A DNA stretch of 64,000 bases, taken from positions 2,464,001-2,528,000 of the forward strand of contig OZ240241.1 of assembly GCA_965198115.1 (NCBI GenBank), given 5' to 3'. Below the pieces are notes generated by a model. It saw nothing but the letters and a program-made list of their open reading frames with translations. It did not search any database and was not told the DNA's origin. How positions within the stretch are numbered: position 1 is the first letter of the stretch; every line of letters begins with the position of its first letter. Below, one piece after another: positions 11,032-20,295 of this stretch. The position numbers were made by a program, and so were the translations under genes. Source of the DNA: Candidatus Latescibacterota bacterium. Lineage in GTDB: Bacteria > Latescibacterota > UBA2968.

Positions 11032-11069
11032 CTGTCCACATCGGATACAAAACGACCGGTGCTCATATA

Positions 11070-12308
11070 ATGAAGATTTGTCTGACATCGCTGATCGTCT
11101 TCTGTCTGTTCAGCGCAGCTGTGCACGCAGAACAGCCGCTCGCTTTGCCCGATGGTGGTTACATCGTCGACCTGGACGGAACCACCCCGTCCGTTTCCGA
11201 CTTCGAAGACTTTCTTGCCCTGGTCGATGCGTTCAATGCCCGAAGGGGGAACCGCGAACTACTCACCGTATGCGGACATCACGTGCGACGGAACCGTCGA
11301 CTTCTCGGACTTTCTGATTTTCGTGGGAGGGTTCGGCAAGGAACAGAGGTGTCGGCTCTGGTGGGCCCCGAAATTGTTTCGGTCTTTCCAACGGACGGCA
11401 GCCCGGATGCGAACGTTCGGTCAGATGTCCGGATCACATTCAGCGCATCAATGGATTCGACGGATTTTAATGGTTTCACACTGAGACACGCGACAACCCA
11501 CGAGATCGTGAATGGCTCCACGTCGTTTTCGTCGGATGGTAGGACAGTGACCTTGAACGCGTTGGGCGATCTGGACACGGCGACGGAGTTCGTGGCTGTT
11601 GTGAATCCATCCGTCGAGGATGCGGCCGGAAATGCGCTGGGCCGCGTCTATGTCTGGCGGTTCACGACCCAGGGGACGCCACCGCCCAATCCAACCTTTG
11701 CACTACCTTTTGCGATCGAGGACATCGACCTCATCCAAAAGCTGCTGAATCCCTTCGGACCGATCCGGCACTCACGAGATACGGGAATCGGTCACGGAGG
11801 AATCGATATGCCGCTCCAAACGGGAGCCGCTTTCTTCGCTGTGGAGGACGGAGTCATCGTAGAGGTGTTGCCCGGTTCGGGAGGGCGACCCGGTAACGAC
11901 GTGAAGCTGCTGATCGGGGCGGAAGAACCGGCCCAGGCCGGTTGGATTTTCGAGTACGAGCACATTGCCCTCGAACCCGGTTTCGGTGAAAACAGTTTGC
12001 TGACTCGGGGCCAGCTGTTCGCGAGGACGCCGGACCCGCCTGTGACGAGCTACCACCTTCAACTGTCCTATTGGGAAAACACTTTCACATCGAATTCCAG
12101 GTGCTGGGTCGACTTTCTGGTTGATTCAACCTTCGCCCGGCACTTCAACGAGGCCATTCGCACGGACTCGATGTTCGTATCGAGCTGGGAGGATGCCGAG
12201 GCCGAAGGACAGCATCAGTTTAGAGCGTTTCTGGATCCGAAACGCTATCCGGAAGGACCGCAGCTCTGCTATCCGATCGGGACGGATGTGCGGATACCCG
12301 TTGAGTGA
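11070..12308 (+). CDS. Secreted protein: dockerin/EF-hand-like module + Big_5 (SbsA Ig-like) + M23 peptidase-like domain
   Basis: Signal peptide; PEIVSVFP..ITFSASMD..VEDAAGNAL..WRFTT (Big_5); HGGID..AVEDGVIV..YEHI..HLQL (M23-like); second EF-hand repeat lies in another frame. Confidence 0.7.
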   Translation: MKICLTSLIVFCLFSAAVHAEQPLALPDGGYIVDLDGTTPSVSDFEDFLALVDAFNARRGNRELLTVCGHHVRRNRRLLGLSDFRGRVRQGTEVSALVGPEIVSVFPTDGSPDANVRSDVRITFSASMDSTDFNGFTLRHATTHEIVNGSTSFSSDGRTVTLNALGDLDTATEFVAVVNPSVEDAAGNALGRVYVWRFTTQGTPPPNPTFALPFAIEDIDLIQKLLNPFGPIRHSRDTGIGHGGIDMPLQTGAAFFAVEDGVIVEVLPGSGGRPGNDVKLLIGAEEPAQAGWIFEYEHIALEPGFGENSLLTRGQLFARTPDPPVTSYHLQLSYWENTFTSNSRCWVDFLVDSTFARHFNEAIRTDSMFVSSWEDAEAEGQHQFRAFLDPKRYPEGPQLCYPIGTDVRIPVE

Positions 12309-12321
12309 TCTGCGCTGGCTT

Positions 12322-12347
12322 TAAAAGTGGCCCCGGGGCCACTTTTA
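12322..12347. repeat. Perfect 26-bp palindrome
   Basis: TAAAAGTGGCCCCGGGGCCACTTTTA equals its own reverse complement. Confidence 0.9.
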
Positions 12348-12438
12348 CACCGGTGATCGATCCTGTGTCAAACTGATACACTGCGATCGCCAACGACGCC
12401 AACCTTCCGGTAGAAACTTGTTCGGGTATGTTTTATCA

Positions 12439-13266
12439 ATGCGAGCCACATCCAGCTGGGCAGCCTTCGGGATCTGTCTCATCCTTGCTAATGGACAAGC
12501 CCGGGCAGGCGCCTGGACACAACCCAAGGATGGCTACTACTTCAAGGTCTCGACCAACTACCTCGACACCAGTTCGGACATCGATGCATCCGGCAGCAGG
12601 ATCCCGAAGGCCGGACAGGGCAACCTGAGGGACATCAGTACCTTCATATATATAGAGTACGGCCTGTCCGACAGACTGACGCTGGTGACGTCATTACCCT
12701 ACAGGAGACTAAGCGACCGACGTATCTTCGAAACAGGCATCGCCAGAGAGCGCCGGTCTGGATTCGGAGACACCGAAATTCGGGCACGATGGGCCATCTC
12801 GACCGGCCGAACGCCAATATCCTTCGCCGTGGGTACGAAACTTTCCCTCTGGCGACCCGAGGGGACGACCAGGGTGCCACTCAGCACGGGCGAGGCGGAC
12901 TTCGATACGCGAATACTCGTCGGCCGATCGTTGCACCCCCGCCCCGTATACACCACTGGCGAGTTGGGCTATCGCCTTCGGGGCGGTGCGTTCAGCGACG
13001 AGCTGTTTTATTCTTTCGAAGCCGGGATCTCAGCGAGAAGATTTTCGTTCAAGGGATTACTGAATGGCACGCAAACGCTGGGCGACTGTGAACCGATGGG
13101 CGAGGTTGGCCTGATCGGCGATCAGAACATCCTGAAGATCTCGCCTGGCGTGATCTACGCACTCAACGAGCGATTGGAGATCAGCCTCGAGCTGATTCAC
13201 ACGGCCACCGGGTGCAACACGACCGCGGGCAGTGTGTTGTCCCTCGGCATAGCGATTAAACCCTGA
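12439..13266 (+). CDS. Putative outer-membrane beta-barrel protein
   Basis: Signal peptide, AGAWTQPKDG, YIEYGLSDRLTL, GFGDTEIRARW, amphipathic strands. Confidence 0.6.
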   Translation: MRATSSWAAFGICLILANGQARAGAWTQPKDGYYFKVSTNYLDTSSDIDASGSRIPKAGQGNLRDISTFIYIEYGLSDRLTLVTSLPYRRLSDRRIFETGIARERRSGFGDTEIRARWAISTGRTPISFAVGTKLSLWRPEGTTRVPLSTGEADFDTRILVGRSLHPRPVYTTGELGYRLRGGAFSDELFYSFEAGISARRFSFKGLLNGTQTLGDCEPMGEVGLIGDQNILKISPGVIYALNERLEISLELIHTATGCNTTAGSVLSLGIAIKP

Positions 13267-13274
13267 CAGAACTG

Positions 13275-14278
13275 ATGGCACTCATCAAGACAAAGAAGCG
13301 TTGGGAGATTCCGGAACGGAACGCGACGCCCGAATCCGTCTACCTCAACAGACGTCAGTTCCTGAGGGCCCTCGGCATTTCGACCGTGAGCGTGAGTCAG
13401 ATTCTCACGGCCTGCAGCTACGATCGCAGCTTCGAGTCCATCGACGGTTCTCCGATCTCTGGTTCGGTCGACACACCGGCTGACATTCTGGCGCTCTATC
13501 CGGCGTCCCGCAATTCGGCTTTCTCGACCCTCGACCGTGATCTGACCGCAGCCGACGTGGCAGGCACCTTCAACAACTTCTACGAGTTCAGTTCAGGAAA
13601 GACGCAGATTAGCGAACTGTCCAGGATGTTGTCCCTTTCGCCCTGGGCGGTGGAAGTCACCGGGCTCGTGCAAAACTCGATGACCCTGGACGTGAACGAC
13701 ATCCAGCGGAGATTCGAGCTGGAGGAGCGCCTGTATCGACACCGTTGCGTGGAAGCGTGGTCGATGGCCGTCCCCTGGACGGGTTTCCCGATGAAGGTGT
13801 TGATCGACGCGGTGCAGCCTGATTCGTCCGCCCAATACGTGCTGCTGACCACGTTCATTATGCCTGAGATTGCCCCGGGGCAGTTCAACAACCCCCAGTG
13901 GCCCTGGCCCTATCGGGAGGTCATTACAGTCGAGGAAGCGGCGAACGATCTGACGATGATCGCGACCGGCATTTACGGCAAACAGTTACCGCCCCAGCAC
14001 GGCGCGCCCATCAGATTGGTCGTTCCGTGGAAGTACGGATTCAAAAGCATCAAGTCGATCGTCCGGATCGAGTTCGTCGCGGAGAGGCCGGCCACGTTCT
14101 GGAACAGCCTCTTCCCCCCGCCTATGGGTTCACAGCGAACGTCAACCCCGACATCCCTCATCCCAATTGGCCTCAGAACACCGAGTATATAATCGGGACG
14201 AACGAGATTCGGCCGACCCTACCTTACAACGGCTATGGCGACTTCGTCGCTCATCTCTATCCGTCGGGCCCGGGCTGA
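13275..14278 (+). CDS. msrP: Protein-methionine-sulfoxide reductase catalytic subunit MsrP (frameshift in C7 run near 14113)
   Basis: [13 protein letters not shown] (Tat), [52 protein letters not shown]; tail [24 protein letters not shown] in frame 13898..14278. Confidence 0.9.
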
Positions 14279-14458
14279 TACCTGGCTACACCTTTCAATA
14301 GCATCATTCGAACAGTTCTTGCAAGCTCGATCGCACGGAATGCACTGAAAGGACCGCTCTCGAGACGACACGGAGTTTACCACGTCCTTCCTATCACTTG
14401 AGGATGTTGTACAGCTGAGCTATCATTGGGAAACGACCAAGCCAAGCGTGGAGATCCG

Positions 14459-14689
14459 ATGTCAGAAGAACTCGGGACGAGGGACGTGCTGCAGCAACTC
14501 GATGCGCGGATGAACAGCCTGGAGAATCAAAATCGCTCAGAAATGGGGAGCTTGCGGTCCGAGATGGGAAGTATGAGGTCTGAGATGAACGCCCGCTTCG
14601 ATCGTGTGCATCAAGACTGGCGATGGCTCACGGGACTCTTCTTCGCGGGATGGATAACCGTGATCGCCTCCATCTGGCTCAAACCATAA
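14459..14689 (+). CDS. Small coiled-coil protein with C-terminal TM helix (DUF1640/CCDC90-like)
   Basis: MSEELGTRDVLQQLDAR, RSEMGS(L/M) heptad repeats, WRWLTGLFFAGWITVIASIW; GGAG RBS; promoter-like 14398-14426. Confidence 0.75.
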   Translation: MSEELGTRDVLQQLDARMNSLENQNRSEMGSLRSEMGSMRSEMNARFDRVHQDWRWLTGLFFAGWITVIASIWLKP

Positions 14690-14697
14690 AATCAACC

Positions 14698-15705
14698 TCA
14701 CCGCCCCGCTCGACCCGGTCGCTTAATCTGATCGAAATCTTCCTGCAGGAACGGACACCCGAACGGCTCTTCATACGGACGGTACGGAACCATCGAGGCA
14801 ATTTCATCGATTCGCTCTAGGATCTCGGTGGGAAGCGGTCCATCCTCCGCGGCTCGAACATTCTGACGCAACTGATCGACGTTCCGCGGTCCCGTTAAGA
14901 CAGCCGACGCGTCGCCCGCATTACCCAGCACCCACCGCAACGACAGCTCGGGAATCGGTATCCCGACCTCATCGACCAGCTTGTAGAGCTGCTTCAGCTG
15001 TTCTCTCCTCGGCTTGTTCAGCCACCTGCCGTCCGCCGCCCCAACCTGCGCATCGAATCGATGGGCCAGCCATCCCTGTTGCGTCGGGGACGCCAGAAAG
15101 ATTCCCATATTCTGTCGCCTGGCTTCGGGCAGGAGCTCGATCTCGGCCTCTCGCCACAGCATACTGTAGTTGAACGCGGTCAGTACGACGTCGTAGAATC
15201 CCGTCGCCATGATGGGCACGATTTCGTAGGCCGTCGTCCCACCCAATCCTGAAAACCGAATGACCCCCTCGTCCTTCAACTCCTGTAGCAATTCGTGGAC
15301 TGGGCCATCGTAGGTGCGAAGATCGTCCCACCAGTCGAGCTGACCGGGCCGATCTGGCTCGTGAATCATCATAATGTCGATCGTGTCGCGATGGAGCAGC
15401 CTCCTGCTCTCGTCCACAATCGCGCGAAGATGCGTCTTGTCTTTGGGGTCGAAGTCGTCTGATCGGGGTCCCAGCTTCGTCGAAACGATACACGGCCGGG
15501 TCACATCTTTGAGGGCTTCGCCGACACCCGCCTCGCTGTCACCGTAGTCAGCCGATGTATCTAGCAAGTTCAGCCCCAACTCCAGCGCCTCGTGGACGAT
15601 GGCCTTCGCTCCCGCGTAACCGTCCTCACCACGGGTCGCGAAGGCCCCGCCGAGCGCCAACTCGCTCACTTCCAACCCGGTACGACCCAGGATTCGCTTC
15701 TTCAT
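14698..15705 (-). CDS. Aldo/keto reductase
   Basis: LGRTGLEVSELALG, LDTSADYGDSE, STK, IHEPD. Confidence 0.9.
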   Translation of the reverse strand: MKKRILGRTGLEVSELALGGAFATRGEDGYAGAKAIVHEALELGLNLLDTSADYGDSEAGVGEALKDVTRPCIVSTKLGPRSDDFDPKDKTHLRAIVDESRRLLHRDTIDIMMIHEPDRPGQLDWWDDLRTYDGPVHELLQELKDEGVIRFSGLGGTTAYEIVPIMATGFYDVVLTAFNYSMLWREAEIELLPEARRQNMGIFLASPTQQGWLAHRFDAQVGAADGRWLNKPRREQLKQLYKLVDEVGIPIPELSLRWVLGNAGDASAVLTGPRNVDQLRQNVRAAEDGPLPTEILERIDEIASMVPYRPYEEPFGCPFLQEDFDQIKRPGRAGR

Positions 15706-15720
15706 ACACTCACCCTTCAG

Positions 15721-15963
15721 TCAAGCCAGGAGATCGATACGCGAACCCTGCAAATCGTTCGCCTTGCGTAGGACCAACGTGGAGACCGACGTGAGCACCT
15801 TGTCCCTCGCGAGACGCGTCGACAGGTCGGCGATTTCCCTTATCGTGGTCGAACCTTGGAGATCATCGTTCAACGATCGGAATGCCGCTTCCAACTCCCG
15901 GGTATTCTGAGCGAGGTGACGCTGAGCGTTCACCGCGGGTAGATTAGAGTTGATCGTCAGCAT
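15721..15963 (-). CDS. Mini-flagellin: flagellin N-terminal D0 helix fused to C-terminal D0 helix (80 aa)
   Basis: MLTINSNLPAVNAQRHLAQN..LEAAFRSL and ..VLTSVSTLVLRKAN..IDLLA align with the two termini of the flagellin at 45151..46348. Confidence 0.65.
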   Translation of the reverse strand: MLTINSNLPAVNAQRHLAQNTRELEAAFRSLNDDLQGSTTIREIADLSTRLARDKVLTSVSTLVLRKANDLQGSRIDLLA

Positions 15964-16053
15964 AGGTGAAGGAAACCAACGCGCTGGTGTACTGGCAAGT
16001 CCTCAACACATCAGCCCTCGCTCATCAGGCCAACGGACCCCACCAGATCACAA

Positions 16054-17328
16054 TCAGTCGACCCTGTCGAGGTTCCCGGCCTCCCTCGGTGTGAAGAATC
16101 CATCCCTTTCCACCATCTTGCGACTCGGCACTTTCCACCGTAAGACACCCAGCCGACCGCTACCCCAGGAATCTACATCCTCGCCCTCTGGTACGGGGGA
16201 ATTGTCGTAGCACCTCAACCTCAGGCCACGCAAACGCCACGTTTCGCGACTGTCGTGGACTGTCACGATTGTATCGTCATCCAGGACGACGGAGCGCGCA
16301 TACTGACCACAGCGGTAGAGCTGGTAGACGGACCTGCTCCAGGTTTCGCCGCGATCGTAGCTCAGCATAAAACGCTGCCCGTATCGTCCAAACGTCAGGA
16401 TCAGGGTGTCGTCAGACAATCGCAGAATCGACCCGGACTGTTGGGCGGACGCCGTCACGATCCTCGGGGTCGCCCAGGTCTTTCCCCCGTCTGTACTCGA
16501 GCTGAATGCCGTGTGCTGGAACAGCTGACAGCCCACATCCGCGGGCGAACCGGTCCCGGAATACAGTCTCGCATCAGTCGCGAGATCGTCGGGATCTTCC
16601 GGCGTTTTGTTTCTCTGATACCGGATCGATGCGACGATCTCACCCGTCGGCAGCTCGAGCAGGTTCGGCTCAGGGGAGTGGTCCGTAAATCTTGAGAACC
16701 TCGACCACGTCCTGCCGTCGTCGTCGGAGCTGAAAATGAACGAGTGAAAAAAATCCTCGTTCTGAGGCACGGCTTTACCCGGACGAGCCCACGATTGGAC
16801 GACGAAGGGGACGACAATCCGTCCTTCGTGAAGCTGGATCGGCTTCGTCTGATCGCCGATGACATCGTAGGGCGAAGAATCGAACGGTCCGGTGGCCTGC
16901 CACGTGCGTCCTCGGTCTTCAGATCGGGTCGTCCACGCAAACGTGTGATGGCTTTCATCCTGCGTGAGCTCTTCGTGGTCCTCACCGTCGTTGGCTCTCA
17001 TCCCCCACACGACCAGAAGCGTGCCGCTGTCCGTGACACCGATCCCCGTGGGACTACAGGAGAGTCTCGTAAGACCTTCGGGTAATTCCGGACTCAGCGA
17101 GGGCGACGTGGCGAGAAGCGCCCAGTTCCGACCCGAATCCTTGCTGTGGTAGACCTGGCCTTCGGTTCCCGCCGTGAACAGTTCCTGATCGGGACCCCCT
17201 GCGACAGTCGGTTGGAAGATCGGACTCAACCCCGTATCGATCTGTTCACACGGCCACTCGACCGGCGGCTGCCTGAACACTTCGAACACCTCGGGATGAA
17301 GGTCTGCCCACGTACGAATGTGCGTCAT
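16054..17328 (-). CDS. Sialidase-like BNR/Asp-box beta-propeller protein
   Basis: Five Asp boxes: SKDSGRNW, SEDRGRTW, SDDDGRTW, STDGGKTW, SYDRGETW; no signal peptide seen. Confidence 0.8.
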   Translation of the reverse strand: MTHIRTWADLHPEVFEVFRQPPVEWPCEQIDTGLSPIFQPTVAGGPDQELFTAGTEGQVYHSKDSGRNWALLATSPSLSPELPEGLTRLSCSPTGIGVTDSGTLLVVWGMRANDGEDHEELTQDESHHTFAWTTRSEDRGRTWQATGPFDSSPYDVIGDQTKPIQLHEGRIVVPFVVQSWARPGKAVPQNEDFFHSFIFSSDDDGRTWSRFSRFTDHSPEPNLLELPTGEIVASIRYQRNKTPEDPDDLATDARLYSGTGSPADVGCQLFQHTAFSSSTDGGKTWATPRIVTASAQQSGSILRLSDDTLILTFGRYGQRFMLSYDRGETWSRSVYQLYRCGQYARSVVLDDDTIVTVHDSRETWRLRGLRLRCYDNSPVPEGEDVDSWGSGRLGVLRWKVPSRKMVERDGFFTPREAGNLDRVD

Positions 17329-17403
17329 TGGGTCCTCGAGCGGATGCTGAAGAGACTGGTGAGCGATCATACAGTCGTGGGCTCCTGCCCGCGACCGTTG
17401 TAG

Positions 17404-17661
17404 AACAACGCGTTACGCTCGCCCCCGTGCTCCGCACGGGGGCTCTATACCCATCGCGGAATGTGTAGATTTGTCATCCCGGCAGGCCTCAGGCAGGGGG
17501 TCGTCCTTTGGTCTTTCTTCAAGGATCCCTTCAGAACACGTCCCAGGCGAAGACCTTGTTTCGAAGTGTCTGGATCATGACTTATAATCCCCTACTGACA
17601 CAACCTGGTTCTTTTGCGTAAAACAACACACTGCGCTCGTCCCCGTGCTCTGCACGGGGAC
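17404..17661. repeat. Two direct copies of a 40-bp hairpin-containing repeat (17404-17443, 17622-17661)
   Basis: 33/40 identical; hairpins GCCCCCGTGC-TCC-GCACGGGGGC and GTCCCCGTGC-TCT-GCACGGGGAC. Confidence 0.8.
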
Positions 17662-17677
17662 GCAGAGGGGCAATAGT

Positions 17678-18676
17678 ATGAGCGTGTATGAAGATGCAAT
17701 CGTGATCGATAGTCTGAACGTGAGCAACTGGGAAAGCCCCGCTGTGTTTCACGCTATGCACACGGGGGGCGTGACGGCAACCAACGTCACAGTCGCAACT
17801 TGGGAAAACTTCATTGAGACGATGGATCACCTGGCGGCGTGGCCCAGCCGATTCGACGACCACAAAGACATTCTGCTTCAGGTAAGATCGACAGCCGACA
17901 TCCGAAGGGCCAAAGAAGATGGCCGCGTCGGAATCATCCTCGGGTTCCAGAATGCCTCCCCCATCGAGAACGATCTGGACCGGCTCGCCCTCTTTCACGA
18001 CCTGGGGGTGCGGATCATCCAGCTGACCTTTCACGAACGCAATCTGCTCGGCAATGGCTGCTACGAACGTGGCGACGATGGGCTCAGCAACTTCGGTCTG
18101 GATGCGGTGCGCGAAATGAACAGGATGGGCATCGTCATCGACCTCTCCCACGTCGGCGTCCAGTCCACGCTCGATGCGATCGAGCATTCCGAGCAACCGG
18201 TCGCGGTGACCCACGCGAATTGCCGGGATTTCCACGAAAGCCCCCGCAACAAAACCGACGAGGCTCTGAAGCGGGTGGCCGAGAAGGGTGGTGTCATCGG
18301 GGCAACGGCGATCGGTTCGTTTCTTCCAACGCAGTTTGAATCCTCGCTGGATGATTACATAGACGCGATCGACGATATGGTCGAGCGCGTAGGAATCGAT
18401 CACGTCGGCTTCGGCACGGACTTCACACAGGATCAGCCGAAGCCGTTCTGGCGCTACATCGGGTCACAGCAGGGCACGAAGTTTCCGGCCACCTTTACTA
18501 ATCCTTTCGTAGAGTATGACGAAGTGTCTCTCTACCCCACGGATCTGGAGACACCCGATAAACTACCCAACCTCGGGAGGGCGCTTACCGCCAGGGGATA
18601 CGGACCTGAGGATGTATTGAAGATTCTAGGCGGAAACTGGCTCAGGCTGTTCGCACAGGTTTGGAGCGAAGCCTGA
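17678..18676 (+). CDS. Membrane dipeptidase family M19
   Basis: ILGFQN, GVRIIQLTF, DGLSNFG, IDLSH, THAN, PRNKTD, HVGFGTD, ILGGNWLR. Confidence 0.9.
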   Translation: MSVYEDAIVIDSLNVSNWESPAVFHAMHTGGVTATNVTVATWENFIETMDHLAAWPSRFDDHKDILLQVRSTADIRRAKEDGRVGIILGFQNASPIENDLDRLALFHDLGVRIIQLTFHERNLLGNGCYERGDDGLSNFGLDAVREMNRMGIVIDLSHVGVQSTLDAIEHSEQPVAVTHANCRDFHESPRNKTDEALKRVAEKGGVIGATAIGSFLPTQFESSLDDYIDAIDDMVERVGIDHVGFGTDFTQDQPKPFWRYIGSQQGTKFPATFTNPFVEYDEVSLYPTDLETPDKLPNLGRALTARGYGPEDVLKILGGNWLRLFAQVWSEA

Positions 18677-18712
18677 CCGAACGGACCGCTCGCACCGAGC
18701 ACTCCATCTTTC

Positions 18713-19144
18713 TCAGAGACCTAGCTCACAGGTCCCTGTATCGCATTCGACTCGTCCGAAGCGGTGTCGATTGCGGGCGATGATACCATAGCACGCACGA
18801 AAAAATGTCGAGAAGACAGGCACCCTGTAGAGCCACGTAATCAGGTGGAGAGGCGGGATCCGACGATAGATCTCATAGATCGCGTCTGAACCCACGTAGA
18901 TTATTTCGGCACCGGCCGTGGGCCCAGACCGCTCGGACACGGCCGAAACAAACCGGAGACCGGTGTTGAAATCCGACTCCTCGAGCCTTGGAAACCGAAC
19001 CGCGACACCATCGGTCTGTCGCGGCAAGTACTCGAACTGATCCCTTCGATCGAGCTTCTGGATTCTCCGGATGCTCCACTGACAGAACCGGCATTCGCCG
19101 TCGTAAACGATCACCTGATTTTCCAAACGACCACCCTTCCTCAC
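18713..19144 (-). CDS. DCC1-like thiol-disulfide oxidoreductase (DUF393)
   Basis: VYDGECRFC and YGIIARNRHR motifs. Confidence 0.85.
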   Translation of the reverse strand: MRKGGRLENQVIVYDGECRFCQWSIRRIQKLDRRDQFEYLPRQTDGVAVRFPRLEESDFNTGLRFVSAVSERSGPTAGAEIIYVGSDAIYEIYRRIPPLHLITWLYRVPVFSTFFRACYGIIARNRHRFGRVECDTGTCELGL

Positions 19145-19213
19145 CGCAGGTTGAGTTGCACGTCACTGCCCGCGGTCTGTACGGCGTTGATCTGAAATAT
19201 CAGATGAACCCAA

Positions 19214-20227
19214 CTAAAAGTCGTTGTTCACTTTGACCGGCTGGCCTGTGCGCAACGACTCCCAACACGCAAGCCCCGTCGCCACGATCCTCGCACCGTC
19301 CCGAACATCGACCCACGGTTTTGTTCCGTTCATCACACAATCGGCCATATGGCGAAGCATCACGATCATCTCGCCATAGTGTCCTCGCCCGTCTGGAAAC
19401 GTCGTAACCGTCGTCCGTGAGGGTGACGGCCAATCAGGATCCAGCCGCTTCTCGCCATCTCGAATCGTTCCCTTCGTCCCGTAGACGGTCAGGCTGTTCC
19501 CCTTCACGCCTGGCGGGTGGATTGCTCCGAGGATGTTCGCGACCCGGCCGATTTTCCCGCTCATGAACCGGCAGTTGATCAGGAAATTGTCCTCCTGCGG
19601 GTAGTCCACCGATACGCCACTGCGCAATCCATAACAGTGGACTTCCTCGATGTCGCCCATAAACCATCTGAGCAAATCGATCGGATGGCACGCGCCACCC
19701 AGGATCAGGTCCTGCGGCATCTGGACCCGCCACGGAGAGTAGTCATAGACCGGACGGAGATCGTGAACGTAGTGCGCCTCCGCCAGGAACAGCTCTCCGA
19801 GCTCACCCGCGTCGCAGGCGCGTTTGGCTTCGATGAAGTCGTAGCGCCCTCTCATCGTCTGAGTAACGAGCAGAACGCGTTTCGATCGATCGACTGCCGC
19901 TATGACCGTCTCGACTTCATCCATCGTGTAAACCATCGATTTGGTTACCATCACGTGCTTGCCCGCCGCCAACGCTTTTAGGATCTGGTCGGCGTGGAGA
20001 GGGCCGGGCGTGTAGATTCCGATGATATCCACATCCGTCTCGCAGAGTGCGTCGAACGAAGTCGTCTTCTGGGCGATTCCGTGCTCATCCGCGAGTCTCG
20101 AAAGCGCATCATCCTTCGTATCGCAGAGCGCGGTTACCCGAATAGGAATGTCGTCCTGCGTATTCGCGCCCAGAAGCGTCCGGCCGTGGCCGAGTCCGGC
20201 CACTCCTATAGTTAGTGATCGAGTCAT
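19214..20227 (-). CDS. Gfo/Idh/MocA oxidoreductase
   Basis: IGVAGLG, TPGPLH..ALAAGKHV, GGACHPIDL, VYGTKG. Confidence 0.88.
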   Translation of the reverse strand: MTRSLTIGVAGLGHGRTLLGANTQDDIPIRVTALCDTKDDALSRLADEHGIAQKTTSFDALCETDVDIIGIYTPGPLHADQILKALAAGKHVMVTKSMVYTMDEVETVIAAVDRSKRVLLVTQTMRGRYDFIEAKRACDAGELGELFLAEAHYVHDLRPVYDYSPWRVQMPQDLILGGACHPIDLLRWFMGDIEEVHCYGLRSGVSVDYPQEDNFLINCRFMSGKIGRVANILGAIHPPGVKGNSLTVYGTKGTIRDGEKRLDPDWPSPSRTTVTTFPDGRGHYGEMIVMLRHMADCVMNGTKPWVDVRDGARIVATGLACWESLRTGQPVKVNNDF

Positions 20228-20295
20228 TCAACCGTTCCTGTTTGAAATGACGATCGCGGTCTTCGGCAGGCGGCAGAATCGTCGAAGCCAGAGGT

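Noticed and set aside
15964-16053. sigma28 promoter for the mini-flagellin
   Set aside because: Only a weak GCTGATGT with no correctly spaced TAAA
17404-17661. CRISPR array or guanidine-II riboswitch
   Set aside because: Only two units, 218 bp apart, no cas genes and no ACGR loops
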